Origin: Hydrurus foetidus
Taxonomy: Eukaryota
DNA length: 64,000 nucleotides
Direction of reading: 5' to 3'
Assembly: GCA_900617105.1 (NCBI GenBank)
Contig: UYFQ01000001.1
Span: 2,542,001 to 2,606,000 of the forward strand
Every line of letters starts with the position of its first letter. The stretch's first letter is position 1. The notes beneath the pieces were generated by a model. That model had not been told where the DNA came from. It saw nothing but the letters and a program-made list of their open reading frames with translations, and did not search any database. Below are positions 19,443-30,325 of this stretch, piece by piece. Position numbers and translations under genes: made by a program.

Positions 19443-21201
19443 GCACCAAAGCCTGCGCGGTGTTGGGCACCGGCTTCAAGGGTTTGGCTGACTTGGATGG
19501 CCCGTTTGCATGTTCAATCGCCTTACCCAAATCAGCCAGCACTTGCGCTGTGGGGCCAAACATTTGGGCTGTGCCGTTGTTCAGTAGCAGCAACTTGTTC
19601 GTCACTGCGATGGCGCTGGTGCGGTGGGTGATTAGCACCACTGTTTTGCCCAAATTGCGAAACTCTCTGACAGCCGAAACCAGCGCTTGCTCGCCCACCT
19701 CATCAAGATTTGAATTGGGCTCGTCCAGCACCAGCAGCGCAGGGCCACCATACATCGCCCTTGCCAGGCCAATGCGCTGCTTTTGCCCACCCGACAAACC
19801 CGCGCCACTGTCGCCCAACACCGTGTCGTACCCCAACGGGAAAAGCAAAATCATTTCGTGCACCCCCGCGTACTTGGCTGCGGCAATCACTTTGTCTGGG
19901 TTCACTTCACCAAAACGGGCGATGTTCTCGCTTACCGTGCCGGCAAACAGCTCAATGTCTTGCGGCAAATAGCCAATGTGCGGCCCCAGAAGGTCTTTGT
20001 TCCACTGGTACAAGTCCGCGCCATCCAGGCGTATACACCCCAACACCGACGGCCACACACCCACCAAAAGCCGCGCCAAGGTTGATTTTCCGGCACCGCT
20101 GGGGCCAATCACGCCCAACACATCACCGGGCGAAATAGCAAAGCTGAGATTTTTGATCACCGCCAGGTGCGCGCCGGGCGGCCCTGCCGTGACGGCTTCT
20201 ACAGACACCTGCCCCAGCGGCGTCGGCAATGGCATGCCCCCGACACGCGGCTGGTTGGCGGCAAGCAACTCATTGAGTCGCTGATACGCCGAGCGGGTCG
20301 TGCTCCAGGTTTTCCACACCCCAATCAATTGTTCAACCGGGCTGAGTGTTCTGCCCATCAAAATCGACGACACGATCATCATGCCGCCGGTGATTTTGCC
20401 GTCGAGTACCAACAAAGCGCCAAAGCCCAGCACCAGCGACTGCTGCGAGACACGTACAAACTTGGTCAACGCGGTAATCACGCCGGTTTTTTCGCTGGCT
20501 TCGGCTTGCAGTTGCAAAAAGCGTTTGTGCTTGTCGAACCACCGCGACATGATGCTGGGCAGCATGCCCATGGCTTCAATGACTTCGGCGTTGCGCAGGT
20601 TGTTGGTCGCCAGGTTACCCGCTGCTATCGCCATTCCCGCCGCTTGCTCCAGAGGCTTTCTGGACACTGCCTCATTTAAGAATGCCAACCCTATCAAGAT
20701 GGCCGTGCCGCACAAGGCAAATACACCCAGCGCCGGGCTGAACAAAAAGATAACCACGAGGTAAACCGGAAACCACGGTGCATCAAAAAAGGCAAACAGC
20801 GCGTTACCCGTTAAAAACTGCCTGACGGTCGTCAGGTCTTGTAGCGCTTGGCCTGCGTTGCCGCCATCTTTTTTCAGGTTCTGCTCAAACGCCGCAGTGT
20901 AGATCCGCGTGTTTAGCTTCATATCGAGCTGCGCACCAATGCGAATCAGCACAAAACTGCGAATGAGCTCTAAAGCGCCCATTAACAAATAAGCGCCCAG
21001 CATGATGCCGGTCAGCATTAAAAGAGTTGTCTGGTTGCGGCTGGCCAGCACGCGGTCATACACCTGCAGCATGTACAGGGACGGAACCAGCAGCATCAGA
21101 TTAATGATGCCGCTGAAGACGCCGACAGTGATAAAAACGCCCCTGAAATGAAAGATAGCTTGCGCTAACTCACTTTTGGGGCGTCGGTCTTTTGACAACA
21201 T
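19429..21201 (-). CDS. Type I secretion ABC permease/ATPase (PrtD/AprD family)
   Basis: YMLQVYDRVL, FFDAPW, GPSGAGKS, LSGGQKQR, DEPNSNLD. Confidence 0.93.
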   Translation of the reverse strand: MLSKDRRPKSELAQAIFHFRGVFITVGVFSGIINLMLLVPSLYMLQVYDRVLASRNQTTLLMLTGIMLGAYLLMGALELIRSFVLIRIGAQLDMKLNTRIYTAAFEQNLKKDGGNAGQALQDLTTVRQFLTGNALFAFFDAPWFPVYLVVIFLFSPALGVFALCGTAILIGLAFLNEAVSRKPLEQAAGMAIAAGNLATNNLRNAEVIEAMGMLPSIMSRWFDKHKRFLQLQAEASEKTGVITALTKFVRVSQQSLVLGFGALLVLDGKITGGMMIVSSILMGRTLSPVEQLIGVWKTWSTTRSAYQRLNELLAANQPRVGGMPLPTPLGQVSVEAVTAGPPGAHLAVIKNLSFAISPGDVLGVIGPSGAGKSTLARLLVGVWPSVLGCIRLDGADLYQWNKDLLGPHIGYLPQDIELFAGTVSENIARFGEVNPDKVIAAAKYAGVHEMILLFPLGYDTVLGDSGAGLSGGQKQRIGLARAMYGGPALLVLDEPNSNLDEVGEQALVSAVREFRNLGKTVVLITHRTSAIAVTNKLLLLNNGTAQMFGPTAQVLADLGKAIEHANGPSKSAKPLKPVPNTAQALVRAAE

Positions 21202-21210
21202 ACACGCTTG

Positions 21211-24200
21211 CTACAAAACGATGTCTTGTGGAGCAAACGTGTGGTGGCCCACCAGAGCGACTTGAAAGTCCGTCGCCAGGTTGCCATTGACGTTGCCCTC
21301 CACCACAGTGAACTCTTGCCCACCGATTATTTCGTAATGGAAAACCAATTGACCTGCGGCAGTAAAAGCTGCGCCCGCTGTGGAGTTCAAGCTGAACGCC
21401 TGGTTACCTGCAACGCCAGTGTTGGCGTCAAGGGTAGAGAAGTCCAGCTTGTCCATGCCACTCAAAAAGTCCGTCACGATGTCTCGTACCGCAGAGCCAA
21501 CGCCCGACTCGTTGACTGCATTGAAGTCAAACACGTCTGCGCCTGCGCCGCCCGTCAGGGTGTCTTGGCCAGTGCCGCCGATCAGCGTGTCATTTCCATC
21601 ACCTCCGATTAACGTGTCGTTGCCCGCCAGCCCGCTGAGGGTGTCGTTACCCAAGCCCCCTGCCAATTGATTGGCCACTGCGTTACCAGTAATCGCGTCA
21701 TCACCCGACCCGCCTATAAAGTTCTCTATGTTCGTGATGACGTCGCTGGTGGCTGCCGTGGCCCCACTGCCGCCGACGACCACGTTGTTGCCAATGGTGA
21801 CGGTCAGGTTGGTGATCAAAGCCGTGTAGTCAGCGGTGTCGCCTGTTCCAGCACCGCCGTTGAGCGTATCGCGTGCATCGTCTGCCGTCATGACAAAGGT
21901 GTCGTTGCCCGCGTTGCCCAGCAAGGTATTGCTACCCGCGCCATCCGTCAGGGTGTCGTCGCCACTTCCTGCACTGACGTTTTCTATGCCGCTGAGCGTA
22001 TCCGCACCGGTGTCGGCGCTGGCTGCAGCTCCAGTGGTCAGGTTAACAGTAGCCGCTGCGCCAGTGGCTGACATGTCATAGGTGTCAACACCAGCGTCCC
22101 CGATATAGGTGTCGTTTCCGTCACCGATGCTGGCCCTGAGCGTGTCGTTGCCGACGCCGCCATCGACTGTGTCGTTGCCCAAACCACCCGTGAGGTTGTC
22201 GTTGCCACCCAAGCCCAAAACAAAATCGTTGCCGGTGGTTCCCGCCAGTGTGTTGTTGGCACCCGAGCCGATCACCGCCGTCTCGCCAGAAATCACGGTG
22301 ACAGTACCGAAAGCGTCTGTGTACGTTGAGCTTGCACGCACGGTGGTGTTGGCTTGGCTGGCCAGTGTTGTGGCCGTACCCGCTGGCCCTGCAATGTTGA
22401 CCCATGTACCTGCCACCAGGCGCTGCCACTGCGTGGTGGGCACCAGGCCCGGCAAGTCCGCATCGGCAATGGTGTTGGTCGCTGTCAAAGTGGCGGTTGT
22501 CAATGTAGTGGTGTAGCTGGCGATGTGCAGCTCGCCCGTGGTGGGGTCGTTAAACGCGACTTGCTGGTAGCTTTGTACAGCGGGTGTGATGCCGCCGTGG
22601 CCGTCGACCACGTTGTAGGTCAAGTTCACCAAGCCGCCAAAGTTGAATGTGGGGACGATGGTGTAACTCAAGCCGCCTGGGTTAAGCGTCACAGTGCCAT
22701 TGCTGGCGGTCAGCGCGGCCACACTGAGCGTGTCGCCATCGACGTCAGAAAAGCCCGCCAGCAAATCTGCGATGCTGACCACGTAGCCAGCCGGATTTAA
22801 CCCGGCAGCAAGTACGGCCGTCGGCGTACCAACCGGTGCGTCATTAACCGCCGCAACGTTGACTGTCACCAGAGCAGAATTGCTCACAGCATTGAAAAAC
22901 TGGCCATCGCTGGCTTGGTAGCTGAAGGTTGCCACACCGTTGAAGTCAGGGTCGGGCGTGAAGGTCACTGAGCCGTCAAGATTGATGATGGCCGTGCCGC
23001 CATTGATGTTGGTCAACGACAAGATGGTCAGCGGGTTGCCGTCAGCATCGGTGTCATTGCCCAGCAGTTGCGCCGCGGTAAAGGTCACGACGGTATCTTC
23101 AGTGCGGCCAGCGTGTCAGCCACCGCCACCGGGGCGTGGTTGGTCAGGCTAACGGTGCGGTCGGCAAACTGCAAGCGCTCAATATTGCGAATTTGATCAA
23201 CGCCATCGTTGTTCAAAACACCTGCTGCGCGGTTGTCGGTGATGGTGTACGTCCCGTTGGCGTTTTGAACGATGGAGTAGTCAGATAAATTGCCGTTGTA
23301 CACCGCCGTGTCAATGTCGGTTGCGGCTGTGCTGGACTGCAAGATTTCGCGCACGATGTTCAGCTGCCCGGGGTTGATTTCGCCGCTCAACATGCGGGCC
23401 TTCAGCTGGTTCATGCTGTCGACCGTGAACCATTCATTGGCAGCGGTGTTGTCGTCGAGCTTGTTGTGCGTCACCCGAATGCGCACATTCAGCCAGGCAT
23501 CGCCGTCAATGAAGTCGTTGCCCAAATTGCCTTTGATGATGTCGTTGCCGCCCCCGCCGATGATGACTTCAGCGCCCTGGCGAATGTCGATAACCGACGT
23601 GTTGAAAGGCATGGCAGCAACTTGGGCTGGCGTCAACCCCAGCAATTCAGCAAAGCCATCAATCAAACTGATGTTTTGTGATTTAAGGTCGCTTTCATCG
23701 GGTGGGTTGCCCGGGCCAGCGCCCGCGCCCCCCGCAGCTGCTTTGAGTATTGCTGCGCCTGTCAATTTATCGTCGTGTACCCATCCCGACAAACCTTCGA
23801 CCGAGTCAAACCGGTCACGCAGCGTGAACTGCGGCTGCGCTGGGAAGAACGCAATACCCAGGTCCGAGTCAGCGCCAGTTGGGTCATCTTTATGAATCCC
23901 CCAGTCAAAACCGAACATACCATTGTTGCGCTGGATGCCAGGGCCTTGCACCATGATGTCGTCGCCTGACTCGCCGTCGTAGTCGGTGTCATTGCCTTGG
24001 CCATTGAGTACATCGTGGCCAATGATCGGGCTGTTGAAAAACAGCTCGGAGTTTTCACCTGACAGACCATCAAAGCCCTCACCGCCTTCAATCCAGTCGT
24101 TGCCTTCATTGCCCATCAGGCCATCCGGGCCGCGGCCACCCAGAATAAAGTCGTCGTCACGGCCAGCAAATACTTCGGTGGCATCGTCGCCAGTGATGAT

Positions 24201-27200
24201 GAAGTCTTTGCCGCCGCCGCCAAAGTCAACGTCATTACCGTTGCCGGAAGAAATCACATCGTTGCCTTCGTCGCCGCGTAAAAAGTCTGCATCGCCAATC
24301 GGTGTGCCGTGGTCGGTGATGATGTCGTCGCCATCGCCGCCGTGCACCTGGTCGGCTTCGTCGCCAGCGTCAATTCGGTCATCACCCGCATCGCCCCAAA
24401 TGGTGTCAATACCGCCGCCACCCATGATCGTGTCGTTACCGGCTGTACCGCCCTACACCATGTGGTCGAACCCTCGGTACTCAAGATAACCGCCATCTAC
24501 AGCGCCATCGCCGTTGACGTCAGCGCCTGGCGCGTGCCGCACCACCAGCTGATGCAGCGCATTTAATACCGGGTCACTGCCGACCGGATCAACATCAATT
24601 TGTTTGGCGGTGTTGATCTCCAGAATGTAGTCGGCGGTGCCAAACAACAGCCCAGGGATGTGCGACGCCCCCGGCGCGCCCAAGTCTGAATTGCGCATGA
24701 CCAGCGCTGCAAATGAGTTTGCCTCCAGCTCGTTGAGCATGTTGGTACCCTGCGTGCGGCTAAGGTAATAAAAGCGGTCCGCGTTTTGCAGCGTTTCCAT
24801 CTGCTTTTCAAAAACATAATTGAACGTTGCCCCCAACATGCCGCCAAACTGGTTGATTTCTTCAGCCAGGCCGCCAATCCAGAAGTCGACTTTATTGAGC
24901 CCGGTTTCGGTTGTGGCCCAGGTGCCGGTGTGGTTCAGGAAGTCGATTCGGTCGGCTGGCGAGCCAGCACCTCCAAACACCATGAGATTGGCCGCGGCCC
25001 GTTTGCCGGCGAGCGTTGTCTCGCTTGAAATGGACGAGTGTTCACCGTATGTGGCAATGAAGTTGACAATGGACAGCGGGTGTTTGAGATGCCCCGCCAT
25101 GTCAGCCCAGCTGGTGTAGGGGGTCAAATTAGCCTGTCCGCTGGCGGCAAAAAACTGCGCACGCGCTTCGTTAAAAGTCGGCATGCCGGTTTCCCGTGCG
25201 CGGGTCATGTTCAGTGTCGCCAGGTCAAGCGGCAGGCCCACCAGATTGTTTCGCACCGCCTCGGTCACAAACTCATCAATGGCGTTACCGGTTTGCCGCG
25301 ACATGCCCCTGACCAGCGAGCCAATGGCCTGGGCTTCGGTCATGCCGCCGGTGTCAAATTCAATCGGGTTTAAAAACGCCTGAATCAAACCGACATCTGT
25401 CGACTGCATGTTTGCGTCGATACGCGCCACGTTTTCAAGCAACATGGAGTGACCAAAACGGTACACCACGTGTGCAAACTCCGCCACGATGGCAGGGTTC
25501 AAATCCGCTGAGTTGGAGAAGATAAACGGATCAACAGCGGGCTGTACCCGGCGCGCGAACTCTTCAAACACCAAGTGCTGGTATTGCATTTCAGTCACAA
25601 ACCGGCCCGCTTGAAACAGCCGCTCCCCGTCCCACTGCAGCGCCGCAATATCGGCAGCAGCCGTTGGAACAGCCGCCACGTCCACCAGCAGCCATTCATT
25701 GATGGTGGCGAGGTTGCCTGACCCAAGAATGGTGTTTTTATAGTCTTCAACCAAACGGTTGTGCTCGGAATGAAAGATGGAATGCACCGCTGTCAAACCA
25801 ATGTTTTCATTGCCGCGCCCATCGCCGGTAATGAAATGCCTGTCGAGCATTTCGTTGTCATACGTGCCCACCGGCTGTGGAATCAACAACGGATTGGTCG
25901 CGCTAACCGGCAGCGACGGATCGTAGTCGGGGTTGGGCTGACCGTTGATGACGTTGTCTGAATCAGCGACCAGCGCTGTCGGCGGCGTTGCGGGGTTATG
26001 GTCCAAGTCGGCAAAGCCAGGCGCTGCGCCGTGGGCGATGTCGTTAAGGAAGGCGTGCCCTGTGTGGATGGTGTTAGCCGGGATGGCAACGCCCAGCCCG
26101 CCATTGGCAGTGGGGTCGCCTTCCACCAGGCCACTGGCCGTGACGATTTGAACAAAGCCGTGAGCGCCGCGCAAAAACTCACCATAGCGGTCAGTCGCCA
26201 GCAGCGGCACATCAAAAATATCGGTATCAGCCAGCTGAATACCCAACAGGTGTGATGCTTGTGCTTTGACGTCGCCCCAATTGCCTTCACCGTGTAGACC
26301 GTTCAGCAGATGGCCGGTTGCCAAAGGCTTACCGTCCACCATCGCATATTCACGCAAGAAAACCTGATGCGACGGGTGCGATGTGTAGGTTTGATTTTGG
26401 TCAATAAACGGTGTGGTGGTGTTGACGCTTTCATGAGTGGTGTCGTCTGCGGTGCCCAAAATGCCGTCGGCACCGGGGCCGTTGACTTGTGTGGCCCGGG
26501 TCAGCACCATAAAGTTGGTGTTGCTGCCTGCAACATAGAGCGGGTCGTCTGGCAACAGCGGCACAAACACTGTGCCGTTGTTGCCTTTGGTCACCAGGTC
26601 TAGGCCGTGATCGAAAAATTGACCAAAGAAGGTCATCCAACCATTGAACGACGGCGACAAACCGATGTCTGGCGACAAATTAAGGATGCTGATGGTGCCT
26701 ACGGCAGATACCGTGAGGCCAGCACTCGTCAGCTCGGTGCTCAGCGCGTCAAACGCGATAGAGTGGGCTGCTGTGGCGTTGCTTAGCTCCAGCTGCGCAG
26801 CTGCCAGCAAGGCAGGGTCAGCGCCAGCGGAAATAATGTGGGCGCGCGCGGTTTGAATTTGTGCATTGGCGGCTTGTACCGGTGCATTCAAGCCAGCTAT
26901 CAGCGTGGCCTCTGCAATCAAGGAAGCAGCGTTGTACCCGGCCAACTGCAAGGCGGCTGCCACAGCCGCAGGGTTGTTGGCTGTTTGATCAACAATCAAG
27001 TTGCTGGCCACGCGGGGTTGCGAATCAAATACCGCGCCGCTGGTTTGCGTGTACGACGTTGGCGTGGTGCCGCCCGGGCTGCCCGGGCCAAAAAACCCGG
27101 CGGGTATGACGTCGGCGCTTTGTAGATGCGCTGCCACCAACCGCGGCATGATGTTGTCTGCTGCGCCTAAGCGCTCTTGGCCAGGTAGCAAGTTGTTCCA

Positions 27201-27404
27201 TGTTCCATCTACTGTGCGCAAGCCGTACGGCAGCAGGGGGCTGCCCACCAGTGCGGCGAGGTTTTCGGCTGCGCCCGTGAGCGGGTTGGTACTGGCCTCT
27301 GCAATTTTGATTTGCTTGAGGATAAAGGCCAGGTCAAGTTGGGTGACGGTAAAGTTGTATTGCGGGGTGGCAATGACTGTCTCCTTTGGGAAAATTGATT
27401 TCAA
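21211..27404 (-). pseudogene. Giant secreted animal-heme-peroxidase/RTX protein (MopA-like), interrupted by an in-frame TAG and a 1-nt frameshift
   Basis: ORFs 24453-27404, 23085-24425 and 21211-23088 are one gene. Peroxidase motifs GQFFDHG, DGRGNEN, YRFGHS; many GGxGxD repeats; cadherin-like NHAPVA/NDAPV domains; serralysin-type C-terminal secretion region. Confidence 0.85.
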
Positions 27405-27418
27405 TAAAAAGATGGAAG

Positions 27419-28051
27419 TTAAAGTTGCAGCACAGCGCGTGCTATTTGCTGCGGTCGACTGAGCCCGGGCATGCTGAACCAGCGATCAAGGGATTCATTG
27501 CCGATGCGCACCATGCCCGTGTGGTTGGCCAGGTCGCCGTCGATGGCGGGGTCGTCATTGAAAAAACCGAGTTTGCGGCGGATGACATTCATCTCGTTGG
27601 GCTGGCCGGTTAAAAACATCCAGCCGGGTTGAATGTCGTAGCGACTGACGTAGTCTTGCAGCACTTTGGGGTTGTCAAACTCGGGCTGCAATGTCATGGA
27701 CACCATAAAAATATCTTTGCCCAGTCGGCTGCCGAGCGCCTGCTGTACCTGCCGCAAATTGGCCGTGTTGCCCGGACAAATGCCGGTGCACACGGCGTAC
27801 ATCATGTTGAACACCACGATTTTTCCGCGCATCACATCGTTGTAAAAGCGAAGGTTTCTACCTTCGTGGGTTTGCACAATGCTGTTGGGGAAATAGCCAG
27901 CGTGTGGCGTGGTTTTGGCTTGAAGCGGGCGAGCTGCCGTCAAAGCCGGCGCAAGCGCGGCAGTGCCGGCCCACTTCAGCCAGTTGCGTTTGCTTGGCTG
28001 CTCCAGCACGTGGGTTTCAAGGAGGCGAGTGTTAGGCTGACATGTGTTCAT
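27419..28051 (-). CDS. SCO1/SenC copper chaperone
   Basis: CTGIC (CxxxC), distal His in NHTG, Tat-like SKRNWLK leader; AAGGGG RBS before ATG 28051. Confidence 0.9.
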   Translation of the reverse strand: MNTCQPNTRLLETHVLEQPSKRNWLKWAGTAALAPALTAARPLQAKTTPHAGYFPNSIVQTHEGRNLRFYNDVMRGKIVVFNMMYAVCTGICPGNTANLRQVQQALGSRLGKDIFMVSMTLQPEFDNPKVLQDYVSRYDIQPGWMFLTGQPNEMNVIRRKLGFFNDDPAIDGDLANHTGMVRIGNESLDRWFSMPGLSRPQQIARAVLQL

Positions 28052-28065
28052 GATTTGCCCCTTGT

Positions 28066-29832
28066 TCAATCAACAATGTCGTAGCGCAGCATCATGGCGT
28101 GGTCTTCGTGCACCAGGTTATGGCAGTGCATCATGTACTTGCCCAAAAAGTCCCTGAAGCGAATGAACACGCGCACCTCTTCATCAGGCTTGAGCACGTA
28201 GACGTCTTTGCGCCCGCTTTCGTGTGGCGGTGGGGGCAGCCCATTGCGCGTCAAAATTCGGCCTTCTTCAAAGTGAATGTGCACCGGGTGGTGCCAGCTG
28301 CCCTTGCCTTTGAGCGTCCAGATTTCGGCTGTGCCGCGCTTGGGTTTGACGGTCGGCTGGTCCACATCAAAAATTTTGTTGTTGATCGTCCAGACTTCGT
28401 TTTGCTTGTCAAATTCGAACCGGCGATTGGCCACGACTTCAGCCAAGTTGATGGGCGGCAGCGCGCGCAGCGTACTGGGCACTTGGCTCAAGTCAGGCAA
28501 CGCTGGGTCTGTGCCAATATCAAAGCGCAGCAGCTGCGTGCCAACGGCGAGCAGCGAGCCGTCTGGCCCCCGGACATTGATCAATGGGCCTTCCGGGCCA
28601 CGCCCGTCGCTTTGAATCAAGCGATTGACCAGGTACAGCTTGCTGAAAGCCGGGTACTTTGAAAAGTCAATCACGATGTCAGCCCGCTCGGCGGGGCCCA
28701 AGCTGATTTTGTTCATCACGAGCGGTGCGGGCAGCAGATTGCCGTCGTTGGCGATGTACGAAAAGTTTTGGTTTGCGTCATTGCCGGTTGCCAGGTAAAG
28801 CTCATAGAACCTCGAAGGCCCACCATCGAGCAGGCGAAACCGATACTTGCGCCGCTCTACCTGGAAGTACGGCTGCACTTTGCCGTTGACACAAAACTTA
28901 TTGCCCAAAATGCCCTTGGTGGCAAATTGGTCAAACACCAAATAGCCGCTGGAGTCAAACTGTTTGTCTTGAAAAACTAGCGGAATGTCATATTTGCCAA
29001 CGCCGCTGGGCAAGCGAAGCGCCGCGGGGTTCGCGTCCAGCTCGTTGCCTGAATCAATGTCGTCGAACAACAAATAAAAGCCAGTCAGGCCGCGGTAGAC
29101 ATTGGCCGCCGTGAAGTCGATACGGTGGTCGTGGTACCACAGCGTGCCGAGCGCTTCACGCGGGTCGCCTCTGGTGGCTGCATACTGCGGGTCGTCGTAA
29201 CCGGCATAAGCATTCGGGTATAGATGGTCGTTGTAATTGCCCGCCCCAGATAGCGTGGGGCCGTATCGGGTGGCGCTGTAATAGTCGCCAGCAAAACCAT
29301 CGCTTTCTGATGCTGAATGCAGGTTGTGCAAGTGGGTGGTGATTTCTGGCGAACCGTAACCCGTTGCGTTGGCTGGCAAGTTGTTGATGATGCGCACGAT
29401 GACCGCTTTGCCATACCGCTCAACAAAAGTAGGGCCCGGCAACAGGCCGTCGTAGCCCCAAATCAGCTGGGTCGGCAGCTCGGGGTGAAAGGAATGCAGC
29501 GCCTGTTGCACGGTCAGGGTGTAAAACTTTTGCGGCCGCCAGTCACCCCATCGCTGGTGCTGGTTGCGGCCGCATTCGCCGGCGCCCAGGTCTTTGGTGG
29601 CGGGCGGTGACAACACGCTGACGGGCAACTTGGCTTTGTAAACTGGCAGCGGCACCGTAAAGGGTGTGGTGTACGGCGCAGCAGGGTTACCGCCACCTTC
29701 ACCATTTCTAGCGTGGGCCGCGCGCGTTGCGTCTTTGCTTACCCAAGCGCCTGCGGCCGTGGCAGCCGCGCCCATTTGTATGGCTTGTCTGCGGGTGGGA
29801 GCGCCGATTTTGATTGCTGCTGGTTCTAACAT
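28066..29832 (-). CDS. Tat-exported multicopper oxidase (CotA/bilirubin oxidase-like)
   Basis: TRRQAI twin-arginine leader; Cu ligands HLH, WYHDH, HPVHIH, HCHNLVHEDHAM. Confidence 0.93.
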   Translation of the reverse strand: MLEPAAIKIGAPTRRQAIQMGAAATAAGAWVSKDATRAAHARNGEGGGNPAAPYTTPFTVPLPVYKAKLPVSVLSPPATKDLGAGECGRNQHQRWGDWRPQKFYTLTVQQALHSFHPELPTQLIWGYDGLLPGPTFVERYGKAVIVRIINNLPANATGYGSPEITTHLHNLHSASESDGFAGDYYSATRYGPTLSGAGNYNDHLYPNAYAGYDDPQYAATRGDPREALGTLWYHDHRIDFTAANVYRGLTGFYLLFDDIDSGNELDANPAALRLPSGVGKYDIPLVFQDKQFDSSGYLVFDQFATKGILGNKFCVNGKVQPYFQVERRKYRFRLLDGGPSRFYELYLATGNDANQNFSYIANDGNLLPAPLVMNKISLGPAERADIVIDFSKYPAFSKLYLVNRLIQSDGRGPEGPLINVRGPDGSLLAVGTQLLRFDIGTDPALPDLSQVPSTLRALPPINLAEVVANRRFEFDKQNEVWTINNKIFDVDQPTVKPKRGTAEIWTLKGKGSWHHPVHIHFEEGRILTRNGLPPPPHESGRKDVYVLKPDEEVRVFIRFRDFLGKYMMHCHNLVHEDHAMMLRYDIVD

Positions 29833-30240
29833 TTTGCTTTTCCTTCACAGTCCTGGAGGATCTGAAAGCGCCGTTTAATTTGGCAATTGGCTTTTAAGAC
29901 GACATCCATTGGCGATCAGTTTCAGCCGATGACAACAGCTCAGCAATCCCTCATACAGGCTACCTAATTTGCGCGGTGTCTCAATTACAAGTCAGCCGCT
30001 TGACGGGTTTTTGTTGGGCGAAGTGCCACAAACACGCAGAAATGAAAACACAAACGACCTAACGGGCCTCAAAACAGCGAATATCCATTTGAGTAGTTAC
30101 TGGGCATAACAAATGCTACAAGTTGAGGGTTTAGGCGTTTGAATTCGTTGCGACCGATTTGAAGTAGATTGACTTGCGAAGAAAGCTGTTTTCAAGCCTT
30201 TCAAAGTGCGTTCTAAGGCTTCAAAATTTTACCTTTTTAG

Positions 30241-30289
30241 GGGGTTAGCCCAATATAAATGGGCGCAAGCAGCTCCTAAATTAATAGCG
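30241..30289 (-). repeat. Dispersed repeat copy R7
   Basis: tagcccaatataaatgggcgcaagcagctcctaaattaatagc on + strand. Confidence 0.85.
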
Positions 30290-30325
30290 ATAACAAAGTG
30301 CGCGGCTGACCGCGACAATCGGTGC

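Noticed and set aside
24453..24455. Programmed TAG readthrough (pyrrolysine or recoding) in the peroxidase gene
   Set aside because: Other TAG codons act as normal stops in this window, and the gene carries an independent frameshift.
29833..30240. Sigma54 promoter or Mn-sensing riboswitch upstream of the oxidase
   Set aside because: TGGCAC near 30023-30028 (minus strand) lacks the TTGC -12 element, and no riboswitch consensus was recognisable by eye.
30206..30325. N-terminal extension of srkA through repeat R7
   Set aside because: Chance open frame through the repeat in its non-hydrophobic orientation; ATG 30326 is the more plausible start.
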